Source of the DNA: Takakia lepidozioides
Taxonomy: Eukaryota > Plantae > Bryophyta
DNA length: 64,000 bases
Reading direction: 5' to 3'
NCBI GenBank assembly: GCA_030704615.1
Contig: CM060732.1
Span: 66,526,001-66,590,000 of the forward strand
Below, piece by piece: positions 11,621 to 24,619 of this stretch. The number at the start of each line of letters is the position of its first letter. The stretch's first letter is position 1. Position numbers and translations under genes: made by a program. Below the pieces are notes generated by a model. It ran no database searches. It was not told where the DNA came from and was given only the letters and a program-made list of their open reading frames with translations.

Positions 11621-13359
11621 TGTTTTACAGTCGCCCCAAACCGCAGAACTGCCATGTTAGGAGTTCCAAACAATTGGCACAAGAAGATATTTCTAGCACT
11701 CAAGTGACATCCTCAGTCTTCAGTGACTGATGCATACAAAAAGTTGGGATGTGCAGGAATGGAGCAAAATCGATACAGATCCTACACTATCAAGATTTTG
11801 CAAAGAGATACCTAAAAGAAGCAGAACAATTGCATTATCAATAAGAGAGAAGATGAGAATATATGATGTGAGTTGTAGTGTGCCCTGAGCAAACCAACAG
11901 CCCATTTGGCTCACATACCCCCCATCTTTGATTATGTGCATAACTGAAGACTTCATCCACGCCAAATGGTGCCGAAATTACAAAAAGTAAGAGTTGCCCA
12001 AGAGACTACGGACGAATAAAAGGATGAAGCGGGATGGTCACGAGTTACACCAGGACGTATGGCAAATAGCTCCACCACATTTTGCAGAGTTGTCTTCTCC
12101 TCTGGAGGTGCATCAAACTGCTCCCCCGCCATTGCAGAGACATGGAGCTGGTCAGAAGTAGAAGAAGACTAACCAAAAACCCTAAACTTGAACTTCAAAC
12201 AAAATGCAAAGACACGCATCATCAACGAAGGAGTTGTGACCATGAAGGTGCAGGCCAAGAAGAAGGTGTGTTACCCATCATTTAAGCCACCATTGACCAA
12301 AAGCGTTGCCCATCATTTGGTCCCCGAACTCAAATTTCCCAATAAGAGCCACGAGCCACGAGACGGTTGAGAAAATAAGGCTCGTCCAAAGATGGAAATC
12401 TGTCAGGCAACAAGTCGAACTTCATCAGATAGGTTAGTAGCAAGGTTTGGAGAATTTGGAAGTAATTCGTGTGATTTGTAGCTATTTTCTTCCTCTTGCT
12501 TGCCATTTTCTGTCTGTTGCAGTCCATTTGTGTGCTTCATGTTTTAGTGTGAGTTCTTGCTTTTACATTCCAGCAACCTTTCCTACCTGGAAATTTGAGT
12601 ATATCCACTCGATACACTCATTTGGGCTACATAAGTAGCATCGAAAGGTTCTCGAATTTCTTGAAGTTCTTTTGGGAATCCTCTTCCAGACCACCAGGCA
12701 TTGTACTGTTTTCCACTAAAACTTGTATTTTCTTCCGATGAACAGAGTCAGTTTTGAACAGGGATTCCACTTCTATGAAGTGTGCACCCACACTTAAGTT
12801 ATAGCGTCGCATGTTCTTATGCCTGTACGAAAGTGAAAGTACGAAAGTGAAGTTCGATAATTGTGTGATAAAATGCAAATTCCTGGAAGAGCGTGACCTG
12901 CACTGGTGATGGGCGGTTATCAAAGTTGGCGCTGCGCAGTCCTCCCTTCCATTGCACGACACCTACTGTAGATATCATCGAGGATATCATATCACTTGAC
13001 TGCAGTGTTTATGAGGGAGAGAGGCATGTGAGAGTGCAAAGACATTATTAACGGCCCCTTGAAGCCCAGACAGCCCATGCGACACCACATGGGGATAAAC
13101 AACAACAAAGAACAAGTCCAATTTCCGAAACGTTGAATGAAGGCGGAGTACCTACCTCACGCTCTCATACACAGATAAACTTGGAGATTTACAGAGCATA
13201 CAGCTCTACCAGGTTGGTGGATAAAACCAGTGCAAAACTTCTAATAACAGTGTTCTAGTTTTCTGATGCTAATGATCTTCACGTCAAGTCAACATCTTAC
13301 ATTCCCGAAACCAATCAACCTCTCCCTCGGATACTCTAATAAGGCGCACATAGAACATA

Positions 13360-14160
13360 TCAACGACTACTGATCCAGTAGTCGAGGACTGCGATGACTA
13401 CTGCGGAGGCGGCTATCAGCATTCCATTGTTCTTCACTAAGTTGCCCATTATGCGTGCCTCCACCGAATCTATCTCCTCCTGCAGTCTTTTCTCCTCTTG
13501 CTTATTGACCCGAGGCAAACGTTGGCATGCGTTCAACAGCCGCTTTGTTGTCGACCTCGCGTACTCCCAACAATTGTGCTCTATCGCGCTGTAGTCCGGA
13601 CACTGGTCTGCCAGCACTTCGAACAGATCTTCCATCCCAATTATCTTGCTCTCGCATTTTACCGTAAACAGACAGATCTTCGCGGCTTCCGCTTCATACT
13701 CTTCGTGAACACCGATAACAATTCCAATTTTGTCGCCCCCACAGCATTTCTCTGCTCTCAAAAATATCCTGGGCTGGCTTTCGCTGTTAGTATGAATCTC
13801 AATAACCAAGAAGTCGTGATTGATTAGTCTCTTCCCGGGTGTCTCTTCGTGCAATCTTAGGGCACTTCTCATTCCCTTGAGAGCCAATGTAACGCCTGGG
13901 AGCTCTGTCTGGCAATAATGTATGTTCTCTAGAGACATGCAGAAATGGTTATTGCAGATCTCCTTACACCTCTTCCAACCAAGCTTTTCGCTCACACAGT
14001 TGTGAACCTTTCCCTTCAAAGTCTTCAACTGTTTTTCAAGTCCCCGAGTCATCTCATAGCTCTGGAGAGCTAGGTGGCGGCTGGCAGGCTCGTAACTGGT
14101 ACAACATACGGAGCTAAAGGATACACCCATGTGGACCTCGCTGCAGTTTGAGGGCCGCAA
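13360..14160 (-). CDS. Uncharacterised protein with a permuted papain-like (PPPDE/LRAT-like) signature; true start may be MTRGLE (~14052)
   Basis: Open 266-aa frame with NHDFLVIE (His) upstream of YSAIEHNCWEYA (NC motif) and a hydrophobic C-terminal tail. Confidence 0.55.
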   Translation of the reverse strand: MRPSNCSEVHMGVSFSSVCCTSYEPASRHLALQSYEMTRGLEKQLKTLKGKVHNCVSEKLGWKRCKEICNNHFCMSLENIHYCQTELPGVTLALKGMRSALRLHEETPGKRLINHDFLVIEIHTNSESQPRIFLRAEKCCGGDKIGIVIGVHEEYEAEAAKICLFTVKCESKIIGMEDLFEVLADQCPDYSAIEHNCWEYARSTTKRLLNACQRLPRVNKQEEKRLQEEIDSVEARIMGNLVKNNGMLIAASAVVIAVLDYWISSR

Positions 14161-16715
14161 ATGGAGAGACGCAGACTATAGGGCAACGTGAGAACTGGGA
14201 AACATAAGACCCTCCGCTTCCAGTAGAAGAGAGAAAAGTGGGTCACAGGCCTAACAATCTGAAAATCGACAATGACACCAGCTTGCAATCTGAAGACGGT
14301 CGAAGCTCATGAGCTAGTGAGAGGGAGGTGCTTGGAGTACGGTTTATATACTCCATATTCTATTACTTAGATGTCCTTGCTCTGGCTGAGTCACCCACTA
14401 GTACTGCAGTTGTAATACTCCAACTTATTGCAACTTCTTTTTGCAGCTGTGGCAAATCGCTACGTCCTATAGAGTACACAGTTTCTCGTTTGGAGCTGTT
14501 AAGCAACTTGCTAAGTTACACAGATATAGCTTATCATTTGCATCTGTACATTGCAAGTTGCCACAGACAGAATTAAAGCTGAATCCTGCAACTTGTTAAT
14601 TACAGGATGCACTGAATCTCCGGGGAATTCATCTCTCCACAATGTGCAAATAGAAACATCAAACTATTCATTCCTGCATATCTGGAACGATCCTATGCCC
14701 TACCCACGAGCCCTGCATTCAATGACCCATGCACTGGTTAACGATGTTTTGCAGCTAGTTCCACTTGGCACAACTGGGCCGTTCGACTGGTCAACAACAG
14801 CTCGATTCTCTAGAATTCGACGTCGACCGTTGGATCTGTCGTTACGGAGTTCAAAACCCCCGTTCAGACGATGCAAGCTATAATGAAACTGGCTCGCCAT
14901 CCACTTCCGGTGCACAGTCCTGAGTTATTTGGAACCCCCGCATACAATCATTGAATATATGTATTCTCTGCCCTTACGATGAGGGTATCATCAGTTCGGC
15001 CTTGAATCAGACTATCCCAAGTCCTTACTCTAGCTCTTCGTGAGCTACTTAGTGATACTTACGAGCAGAATACAGCTACAGATTGGTGGAAAAGCTAGAA
15101 TGGCCATCAAAAATCAATCTTCCTACAAAAGAAAGATGACATCGCTTGGAGTGCACCCCACAGACAGAGTGGTTTAAATAGTGTGATATTCTCTCATGAT
15201 GGTATAAATTACCTTCTCTCTCTTCCAGTAGTCTATTTTCTCAGGTGCGAAAATTGAAAATGTTCAGATTACTTCCATGTTCATGACTCCTTGGACATGT
15301 GTTCCGCTTTACCTACATTCTAAGATTCGTCCAGAGCCAATGCTCCATTTGGCTGCGCACCTTGAAGTTAAAATGTTCAACTTGGTCGACTTAGGACTTG
15401 TTGTGGTGGAGAATCAGTCGCATGATTTATTACGAAGACCCTGTGCGATGATGCCATACACAATCTTAATTTAGTGTTTCTCAGGTTAAGCAGTAGAGTG
15501 CTCAAATGTGCAAATGGATCTTATCATTTAATGACGTGGCGGAATAAGCTAATTCTGCAAGACCAAATTTCCAAATGTTCTATCAACACTGTAGACCTGT
15601 GGTCTGTTTTAGAATTTCGGAAGGTTAAAGCCTGCGGCAAGTTGAGGTTGTACACACTTGGTAGTGTCGCAGAGTCCTAGTGCAGTTTTTGGCCTCATCA
15701 AACCGCTTGAAGTATGTCAGGAATATTTCTTCGGTAGCGCAAGTCAGACAGTTTTAAGAAACGTCAGATCTAGAAGCATCAACTGTCCATCCCTCCATTA
15801 TCTGTTGACGTTTTCACCACCAACAATTCACCGTCTCTTCTTCTCGTCAGCTTGTTGTACACAGCAAGTTCCTCTATGGCACGTTGCTCAGATCACGTTC
15901 ATGAATATATGTACGCTGTTCCCAGAAGCATTCTGCCACAGACTGTGCTTGTCGTATCGTAGCAGAATGAAATGTGAAACTGTTAGATGCAGAAGCCTGA
16001 AAGGCTCACTGCAGCTGCATGGGCCATTCCTACCGTACATTGTGCCGCTAATTATTCGTTGCCGTCGGATTAGAGATCCAAAGTTCCATTACAACATAGC
16101 ACTACTACAAAGAGTGAGAACGGAGCTCGTAGCTATGGCGTCGCAAGTCGGGTCACGACCGGAAGCTCCATGGACTATAAGTGGGTTACAGTAGCGCGAT
16201 GAATTGTTCCCTCACTCTCGGCCAGAAAGATGTTTGAGGAATTATAACGTTCTGTTTCTACAAAGCTAAGAGACAAAAGTGTTGGGGGGTCATAATGTGC
16301 TGGCAGAAGAGGAAAAATAGAGGCCCTGTAAACACGATTGAGGAGCTTGACAGACGCGCACAGCTATTTTTCTCTTAGCAACAGAATGTGCTGAGCTGAT
16401 CTGCAACATCCCCATGCAGTGCATTACGTACGAGGTTCCACAATCTGCGCCTCCAGGTGAAGATATATTTTGGGCGATGGGCTCCCCATTAGAGATGTTG
16501 CGAATCGACAGACGAAATTAAGAACCTCAGTGAGACGGTGTGAGCAATTTCGAGATGCACTTACAACAATGTCGGCTGGAAAATATCCTCGTGAACAACC
16601 AACTGCCCAGATAGGGTCCATTAACATCCTTGTGTACCCAACTTACCAAAGCGCCTCATCAACCTGGTTTAGATTTAATAATCAAACAGCAGATTCACAA
16701 GTATCCAAGCATACT
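14105..16715 (+). repeat. Segmental duplication, copy A (paralog of 27810-28269 plus 46659-48425)
   Basis: Shared blocks include tacggagctaaa.gatacacccatgtggacc, ctagctcttcgtgagct and aaaatatcctcgtgaacaaccaactgcccag. Confidence 0.85.
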
Positions 16716-16737
16716 GTCAGCCGCCGCCAACATTAAC

Positions 16738-19700
16738 CCCTAATGGACGAGGCGACCCGTTTCGGGTCGCGTCAGGGTGGGCTACAGAATTCATCCACGA
16801 TGTAACTTCGTCCGATGACATCAGATGAAAAAAATTTCTGAACGAAAGTTGTGCGCCTTGATGTTATGCACCCGCCTGTCTTTATGGCACCCTAAAATAA
16901 TAAAATCCCTGCCGTCAGTGATTTTTTTAATGTGCAGGGGTACCCAAAATTGGGTGGTTCACGGCCCTCCAGCACCTTTGACCGAGTGACGTGGCAGGCT
17001 AAAGGGGTGAGGGGGCGATCAAAAGCCGGCGATGGGTTTAGGCACGGGGTTGCATGTCCGCCCGTGCGGACACACCCAGGCACCCGAGATAATGATGATG
17101 ACGGGCCCGGCAGGTGGCGGGAGCGGCTGGGTATCTTCTCGGGCACATTCTCCAGCCTTCCTTGCACCTTGCTTACGGGCATTTCTCTCGATTGTCGCTG
17201 CTTTATGTTTTTGCTGCGCTTGTTTTTGCTATCGTCGCATGCAGGTGATTTGCAGGGGGGTTTCTATGTGTGCTCATTATGAGCGTAGCTCGAGCTGCAC
17301 AGCCACACATTTTCCATGCAGAAAACAGCGGGAGCTGTTCCGTTTTGCGAGATATGGCCTTGGAACTTGATCTTCCTGCATTTTGTGCATTGACGATGCT
17401 GTTAGGGTTCAATTTGGAGGCGTTGCTGCTTGTACTGTCTGCCGTCACAGATGCTAATGCGCGCTGATTTTGTGTGTGTTCATGTGTGCTGCATTTGTAT
17501 CTTCATCTCGCCTGTTTTCTACATAGGCTTGCATTCATTGGGGTGAGTTGTTGGGGTGATCTGTGTGGGGGTTAGGGAATGGATGGCACCTAAACGCAAA
17601 GCCTTGGATGCAGGTGAGCCACCACCAACTGGATGTTCTGAACTTGGCAGGCAGTCAGTATGAAGCCTATCGAGAAAATTATCAGACGAACAAGGTAGCC
17701 ACAACCCCCATGTCAAGCTTCTTACAGTTTGTCAGGTCAAAATTGGAAATATTGGCACCAAGTATGAAGGAAAAGGGTCACATTCTGTGCACGGACTTGC
17801 CTAGTAAATATATTAGTAGGGACACGATTCAGAAATTGGAAGCCACAGGGAATCAGATAACAGAGCTCTTGAGGCTCGTGACTGATGCCACCTTGACGGA
17901 TGCAGAGGTCCAGCTTTGGTTTGATTTGTAAGGTAGGTAACTGTATTCTTCTGATGTTTTTAGATAGGGCTTTTAGGTACCCTCAACTCACCTGAAGCTT
18001 GGAGTCCAAGTCCTTGTGAAAAGAAGGTTGTCCATGTATTGTTGGCATCAGACCCAGACTTCAAGGGGAATTGTTTTGGTTACTGACCTCCACATAATAC
18101 TTGAAGTTCAACCCAAATGGTTCTTTCCTGGTGATTTTCTGTGCTCTCTTGCAATGTATGTAGCTATCAGGATTAGATGCTTGGGTTTACTTCAAGGAAG
18201 AGAGGGGTAGAGATTGCTGGTATGCACATATGCTACAGCGATAGAGGATTGAGCAAGCAGAGTAAAGATAGGAAACAGGAAGGACTGGGAGACTAGGGGA
18301 TGGAAGACCAAAACTGGCAAATCAACTCATAATAAGAACAGTAATGGTACAGAGGGACATTACTGAGAGGTGACGACTGTGCAAGAGTAATGACAGACAA
18401 GCAGAGAGACCAAGAGCCAGATTGACAAGTGGATGTGCACTTGTGGATTGTTAAAAAAGCATACAATAGTTAAGATTTGTAGTGCTGTGTTGGATTGGAC
18501 AGACATGGAGCCTCAAAGTCCCACATTGGATGATATATTCAAGAAGACTCGAACAAAATCGCATATTTATTATCTCCCTGTTACTGAACATGACATCGCA
18601 GAGAAGCTTTTGGCTAGGAGCCAGACACCCTTGGTGAAGCCGGCTCTCAAGGTTTAAGTAGTGGATGTTTAGTTGGAATCTCAGAGAGCATTCCACATCA
18701 GCTCATTAGGATGTTTGCATGTAAGTTGTAGCTTCATCCTTGCATCAATCTATGTTGTCTTCTGGATTAGAGAAATATCATCATAGGAGATGTGAATAAG
18801 ATTGCCTCTTAGTTGGATCGGAAGATAGACATTCGGAAGAGAGTTAGTCTGTTGCTTGGAGTGAGCCCTTACTGGCAGGGCGGTAACCAGGGAAGCTCTG
18901 GATTCCATTTTCAGAATGTAAGACAGTCTCTTTGCCAGATGTTGACCTCACTAACGGAGCCTGGGCTGCACCCCAAAGATCTGCCAGTTCATCAGCGTTG
19001 CTTGTAGGTGATGCTGCCATCACCCGTGACAACGCAGGGAATTTTGTTCTTCGGGCTGTGTACTGAAGCTTCGAGAACGGCTGTGAAATGAGGAACAAGC
19101 TGCTGGTTTGTGTTGGTGGCAATCTCCTGCAGCCCTCGTCTCTCACTACGACTCCACAGCGGATGTAGGTTACAGAAGGAAGCTGCGTGCCCACGCACGA
19201 ATTTTCTTTTACCTCGACCTGTGGAGGAGTTGCTGCAGGAGCTTTGTCCGGAAAATGCCTCCCTTGTATTCTGCACTGACATCTCAGACGGTTGGCAGTT
19301 GGTTATTTGCAGATTCGCACGATGAAAGAAAGGGCCTGCCTTCGCGTTCGTCGGGTGCTGCGTTTCGGGTGCCCGGCAATTCCCCATGAATCGATGACGG
19401 AGCCCGAGTTTTCGGGCCGGAATCCTCTCTCGGCTTAGGCATGAGTTCCCCGGAATTTGGATTCAAGTAGAAATAGGCCCAAATGGAAATCTATGCATGT
19501 AGAGTGGTTAGAATGCTTCCAAAATTTGTTATGGTGGTGAGTTTCCACGCAAGGAACAATATGACCAGAGGAATTGACATTGTGATGAAAATTTGGACAC
19601 ATTTGAGGCAGATTTGGAGTCAATTGTAATGGAGAGCATTTTTGACCCACCGATTTTCCCATACAAAGCAACCCTCATGTGGTTTTGGAATTTGGTTCTG

Positions 19701-20015
19701 GAATCTTGGCCCAAGGTGCTCTACATGCCAGCCAATTAGAATCTGGGTATCAATGAAAAATCATTTTGCCAGGCCAATTGCTTGGTCTCCAGAACTAGAG
19801 CACAAAAAATATTTGCAGCTTACATTTTTGTTATAATCTTCCTAATGACACGGTGAAATCACATGAAAATTTTACAGTAGGTTCCTGAAGTAGGTAGGAT
19901 TACTTTCATACCGGTCATCCCCCTGGATGTTTGCCAAATGTCAGATATGCCCTCAAACATGAGGGCATGTTCAGTTTTGGCATGGGCCCACCAAAAACGG
20001 GCTCGTCCATTAGGA
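16738..20015. mobile_element. Non-autonomous TIR DNA transposon (CMC/CACTA-like termini) carrying a host gene fragment
   Basis: 13-bp TIR CCTAATGGACGAG at 16739-16751 and 20002-20014; possible 3-bp TSD AAC. The paralogous site near 48420-48460 lacks the insert. Confidence 0.7.
18490..18657 (+). pseudogene. Captured exon of an Acinus-like protein (RSB motif)
   Basis: PTLDDIFKKTRTKSHIYYLPVTEHDI resembles the Acinus RNPS1/SAP18-binding motif (TLDDLFRKTK..P.IY.LPL). Confidence 0.65.
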
Positions 20016-22858
20016 AACCAATCTTGAGATGATCTCACGCTTGTTACGTACACGGGGGTACCTGCAGCAAGGCTACGGCCTGCACACTCCTGTGAGCCGA
20101 TGATGACTTCAAGTATCATCATGCAAAATGATCTTGGATCATCGCTGCTGCGCCACCACACTTTATAGCCCGCCACACTCCCTTTTGTGATCAAACGCTC
20201 GCAACCCTACCCACAAATTTAGGAACACTAAATACGCCGAAATCACCGCAACGCCCCCAAAGTACTTAGTAAATGCTCCAGAAATGCTGTCGCTTGCGGA
20301 CTTGCCGCCTATCTTAAATCACCGGCCGACCTTCCCATCGAGCAGTCCCTATTTCATGAATCCTACATCATCACAAGTACGGAATACCAAAAAGGCCATG
20401 ACCGGGACACCTTGAAAGATTCCAATACCCTTGGGTTTTATTCCAAAAGATTCTGTGGCACAGGCAAGAGGGCATGGGCTAATGAAAAGAAAGGGGTAGA
20501 AATACCCCAGGTAGTAAAAGGCACCGGGTAATGAATCTCAGACGTGCCTGGGCTACAGGTGTATTATACGTAACGTACAAATAAATATATATGTCGTATA
20601 TTATTACATACACATAATATGTTGTTGATAACTGCCCGGATAGGAACCCGGGTTTAGGGATTCTCATGTCCTCTCATGGCGATCTGCAGGCAAGGAGCTC
20701 GAGAAAGCAAAAGAGTTATAGCATTAGCCGCCTCTATTCTCAGCATTGAGACGGGAGCAGCCAGGAAGAGGCATCACTTGTAATGACAACATCCGAATGC
20801 TTTGGAAGCTTAAGCTACAGAGTGTAAATTGAGCCGAAGACCATGAGGTTCTCTTGTGAAAATGCAGGATCCAGTGACAGTTATAGGTCTCCACAATTTC
20901 GATGGTGATGCTCGCAAAGACCTACTCTCCATCCTGCTGATACATATGAGCTACATATGCCAGTCAGAGAGCTACATCATGCCCTTTTCACTCTGTGTGA
21001 GATAAGCAGTGCATGAATAACAACTACTTGTATTGAGCATTATTCCTATAAGATGTCAGTGACAAGATTATACTCACACCCTCGTTTCTATATTGGAAAT
21101 ACCTTGATTTTATGACTACGGTTAGTAAAAGTTTCTGTTTGAGGTTACACAGCTTTCCAGTAGGAAGTTGCAGTTAATTATGACGGAAGAAAGAGGTGCA
21201 CAAGGAAGGAGCGAACCTACAGCATACAGCTATCGAGCAACAAAATATCTTCGGTGCCAATGTCGTGACATACGTTCCTAAGAGTGCTTAAATAGCTTCA
21301 AACTATCTTGCTAGATTCTAGTATCACTCAATGAGCGTGTCTCTCCAGGCTCTAGATAAGACCCTTTCACTACAATTCAAAATCCTCACGCAAGGTTCTG
21401 GCTTGATCTGTTCAAAATCATGAAGGTTCTTGGAGGGTGCTTGGAGCATCGACAGTCATTTTGCAAGGCTTCTTTGGAGGAAAATCTACCGGTATGCACT
21501 AGGTGCCAATACATGAAGCTATCTACGACTCGGCTCTTAGCATTGCTTGAATGTTCTAGTTGCTTGAATTTTCAAAGACCCATGGTCCAGGATACTAGAA
21601 GCAAGTGGAACACCAGGACCCATTTCTTTTCTGCCCATTGTGTAATTTGATACTGGCTTTGAAGGTTTCACATTGAGATCTTTGGCTAGGATATGTCAGA
21701 GAACAGCTTAGGAAGATGTAGGATGGTGTGTGTTAGAAGTGTTTGTGGATTGTAAATAGAGTGTTATAACACTATTTTAACTAATTCTGGACTTTTGTTT
21801 GGTCCAGAAATAATATGAGAAATATGAATAAATAAAATTTATTATTGAAATAAAGCGATATATATGATTATTTTGGTTATTTTATACACAATATAATCCT
21901 CCAAACATTTTTTGGAGACAATATAAGTATGTATTGTGGTTTTAGAAGAACATCCATTGCCAAGTTGACGTTCACGAAAAAAAATGGGAGGATGCAATAA
22001 ATTACACCATGATGTGAGGTCAGATATGTAAAACTTTTTGCAGAAAATGGTTGTCATATCAGATGACATACAAAACCAAACATAGAACAATCATGGTATG
22101 TGATGAAGAGGATGATATGAAAGAATGTGTCCGCATACATTGATGATAAACATTCATATTTTATTAGAGATTGCAACTTTGGCGTTGCAGTCAGACCTAA
22201 TGTAACGTCAACTATACATCCGTTGGACTTAATGTTATCCAGCAGCTCGAAGCCATACAACGGCTTACACTAACCCATTAATATTACAGAGCCTCCTCCC
22301 AAACGGCTCGCTGTGTTCGAAGACGCCTCCGGTTACCACAACCACTTGCAACGGTCTCCGCACCAGATGAAACGGAAATACTTTCGGAGAACTCGAACCT
22401 AGTAGTAACATTATCATCCGAAATGTTACTTGGAACTCTACTTGTTGAATCTCTTGATGCCCTTGAAGCCTGCCGGGAAGCCCGCCATTCTTGCCAATCA
22501 CGAAGCTCTTCTTCTTCTTTTCGAATTCGCTCTTTGAATGTGACTGGGCAAAACGATTTTTCATATGACGAATGTCAGCTGAAATGTGGAACATTTGTAG
22601 AAAAAATGATAAAGTAAAAGTGCAAGTGGAAGACACTTTCAAGATCAAATTCTCCATAAACAACAAACAGTGGGATAAGTACATACCAAAGTAATCAGGT
22701 TCCTTTTGTTGTGGGATCCAAACACGAGGATCAACATATCTTCCATACCAAGCCCAATAGGCATGGTCACGACCAATAGGCTTACGAGAATACTTGGCAG
22801 GGTTCTCGCTGATGTAATCTACGACTGTTGAAGCTGTAGCCATTTTCAATATATATGG

Positions 22859-23381
22859 CTACACAGCTTTTGTCATATCATCCTGGTCAACCAATCCCTT
22901 TGGTGATGGCTTGTATAAAATAAGGAAGAATCCAGTATTTGGTGGGTTTCGGAGGCCCTTTGATGACTCATCATCAACAAAGAGTATTTGTCTCTGCGTT
23001 GCAAAGGGTGTACCAGGGTACTTGGCAAGAACAGTGCGAATATCCTTAACGAGATATTTCATCCCAAGCATGATATAACCGGTAGTGTCTTGCAATCCTC
23101 AGCTGACCAGATGAAGCAAAACTTCTTCGCAATTTTTGTAGGAACTAAGCACTCGAGCATCCTACAAAGAACATGTCTTTCAGCACATGACCAGATCGCC
23201 ACGTGAAAATGCATGAACGCAAGGTTGAGAAACTCCAAGACTCCGGGCCGGGAACCACAAAAGGTCTTTCGGGAACATGAACTGTAACTTTCCTGAAACG
23301 AAATCTCTCCTTAAACAATTCACCGCCGGTTGGAGGTGGCCAGTAGCAAAGGAGACCGTTGACACTCAGTATTAACAGCAT
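22859..23381 (-). pseudogene. Degenerate NIF/FCP1-like HAD phosphatase-domain fragment
   Basis: LLILSVNGLL (motif I-like, Asp lost) and ILFVDD...LRNPPN (motif IV-like) lie in different frames. Confidence 0.4.
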
Positions 23382-24619
23382 CTGTTTCTTCTTCCCTGAT
23401 GTTGCAAATGAAGGTTGATGGACGATACCAACCTGCGCAATTTAAGTGTTCCCGCCGTCAGAAACAACACAATGTAGTGTTTCTTAGTTTCAGAGTGACC
23501 TCTACGTTTTCGGAGACATAAGTGTCCCGACAATGGACTACTGTAAAGAACCAAGAGTAGACCATATATCGAAGAGTTCAAGATCACGAAAAGATGAACG
23601 TCGGCTGTCAAGTGGCTGATGCCAGATCACGGTTGGGACTTGCACCAAAGAATCGGTTCGACGACATATCTATGGTGTTCGTCAATACAGTTTGTGATGA
23701 TGACTCTGTTGTCTTCGAGACAAATGACTACTCAAATATCTTGGATGTTTTTGTGGCTCGGCAGCTCATGTCCAGTGCTTTTGTGTTTTTCTCCACACAA
23801 GAATCATCGAGAAATCTTGTGTCATACATCCGGAATGGCCCTGGATCAAAATCGTTTATCATCCAACAGGGTTATTACATTCCCGACGAGTTTGAATCAC
23901 CTTACAAGAGCTGCACGACTATATTCTCCCGGACGGTCCTCTGCCTCGACTACGTATTTCCGGCAACAGCTGAGGAGATGGTGAATTCGGACGACCACAT
24001 TCAAACTGTTTTGTTATCGCCGGACCCAATTAATCCCATTATCCAAGGACCAGATGTAGACCCGACCTCGCAGGAGATGGAGTGCCGGACTTACAATCAT
24101 GAGCTGAGGCCGGACACCTACGATTACCTGGTCTTTTTTTTTTGCAGGGACGGGATGTCTTGTGTGAACATTTTCGGAGGACTGACATGACATACGTTCT
24201 GCTTGTAAGCGGATTCTGCATCTTGGAATTGTCTGTGTTTTCAGTTTTCCGGATTTAACTCTTGTATTATTGACGTTGTCGGAAAAGCGTGTTTAACTTG
24301 TGTCTGATTGTTCCATTTTGTTAACCTCCACTAGACAGTAGAGGTTCATGGTATTGGAGTTGTGGGTGTTTTGGGTGTTTGTTATTTTGCAGATTGGTGT
24401 GTTTGGTAGTTGTCTCAAAAGAAAGCCTAACCCTTTCAATCTATCGATGGTTGGTGTTCGTCGGATTTATTTTGATATCATTGTTTGGTTTCATTGCAGG
24501 AAAGAAATATTCGTGTGCTCGACATAAACTTTGTAACAAAAAAGAAATTTTGTAGAAGCAAGGTGGAGGCCTATTTCAGGATCCTCAAGATTGACAATCA
24601 GATTATCGTAGGAGACGGA

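Noticed and set aside
16733-16745. piggyBac element (TTAACCC start)
   Set aside because: The right end is not followed by TTAA and no piggyBac transposase is present.
23594-24190. 198-aa ORF as a gene
   Set aside because: It has no recognisable motifs and is probably antisense to decayed minus-strand sequence.
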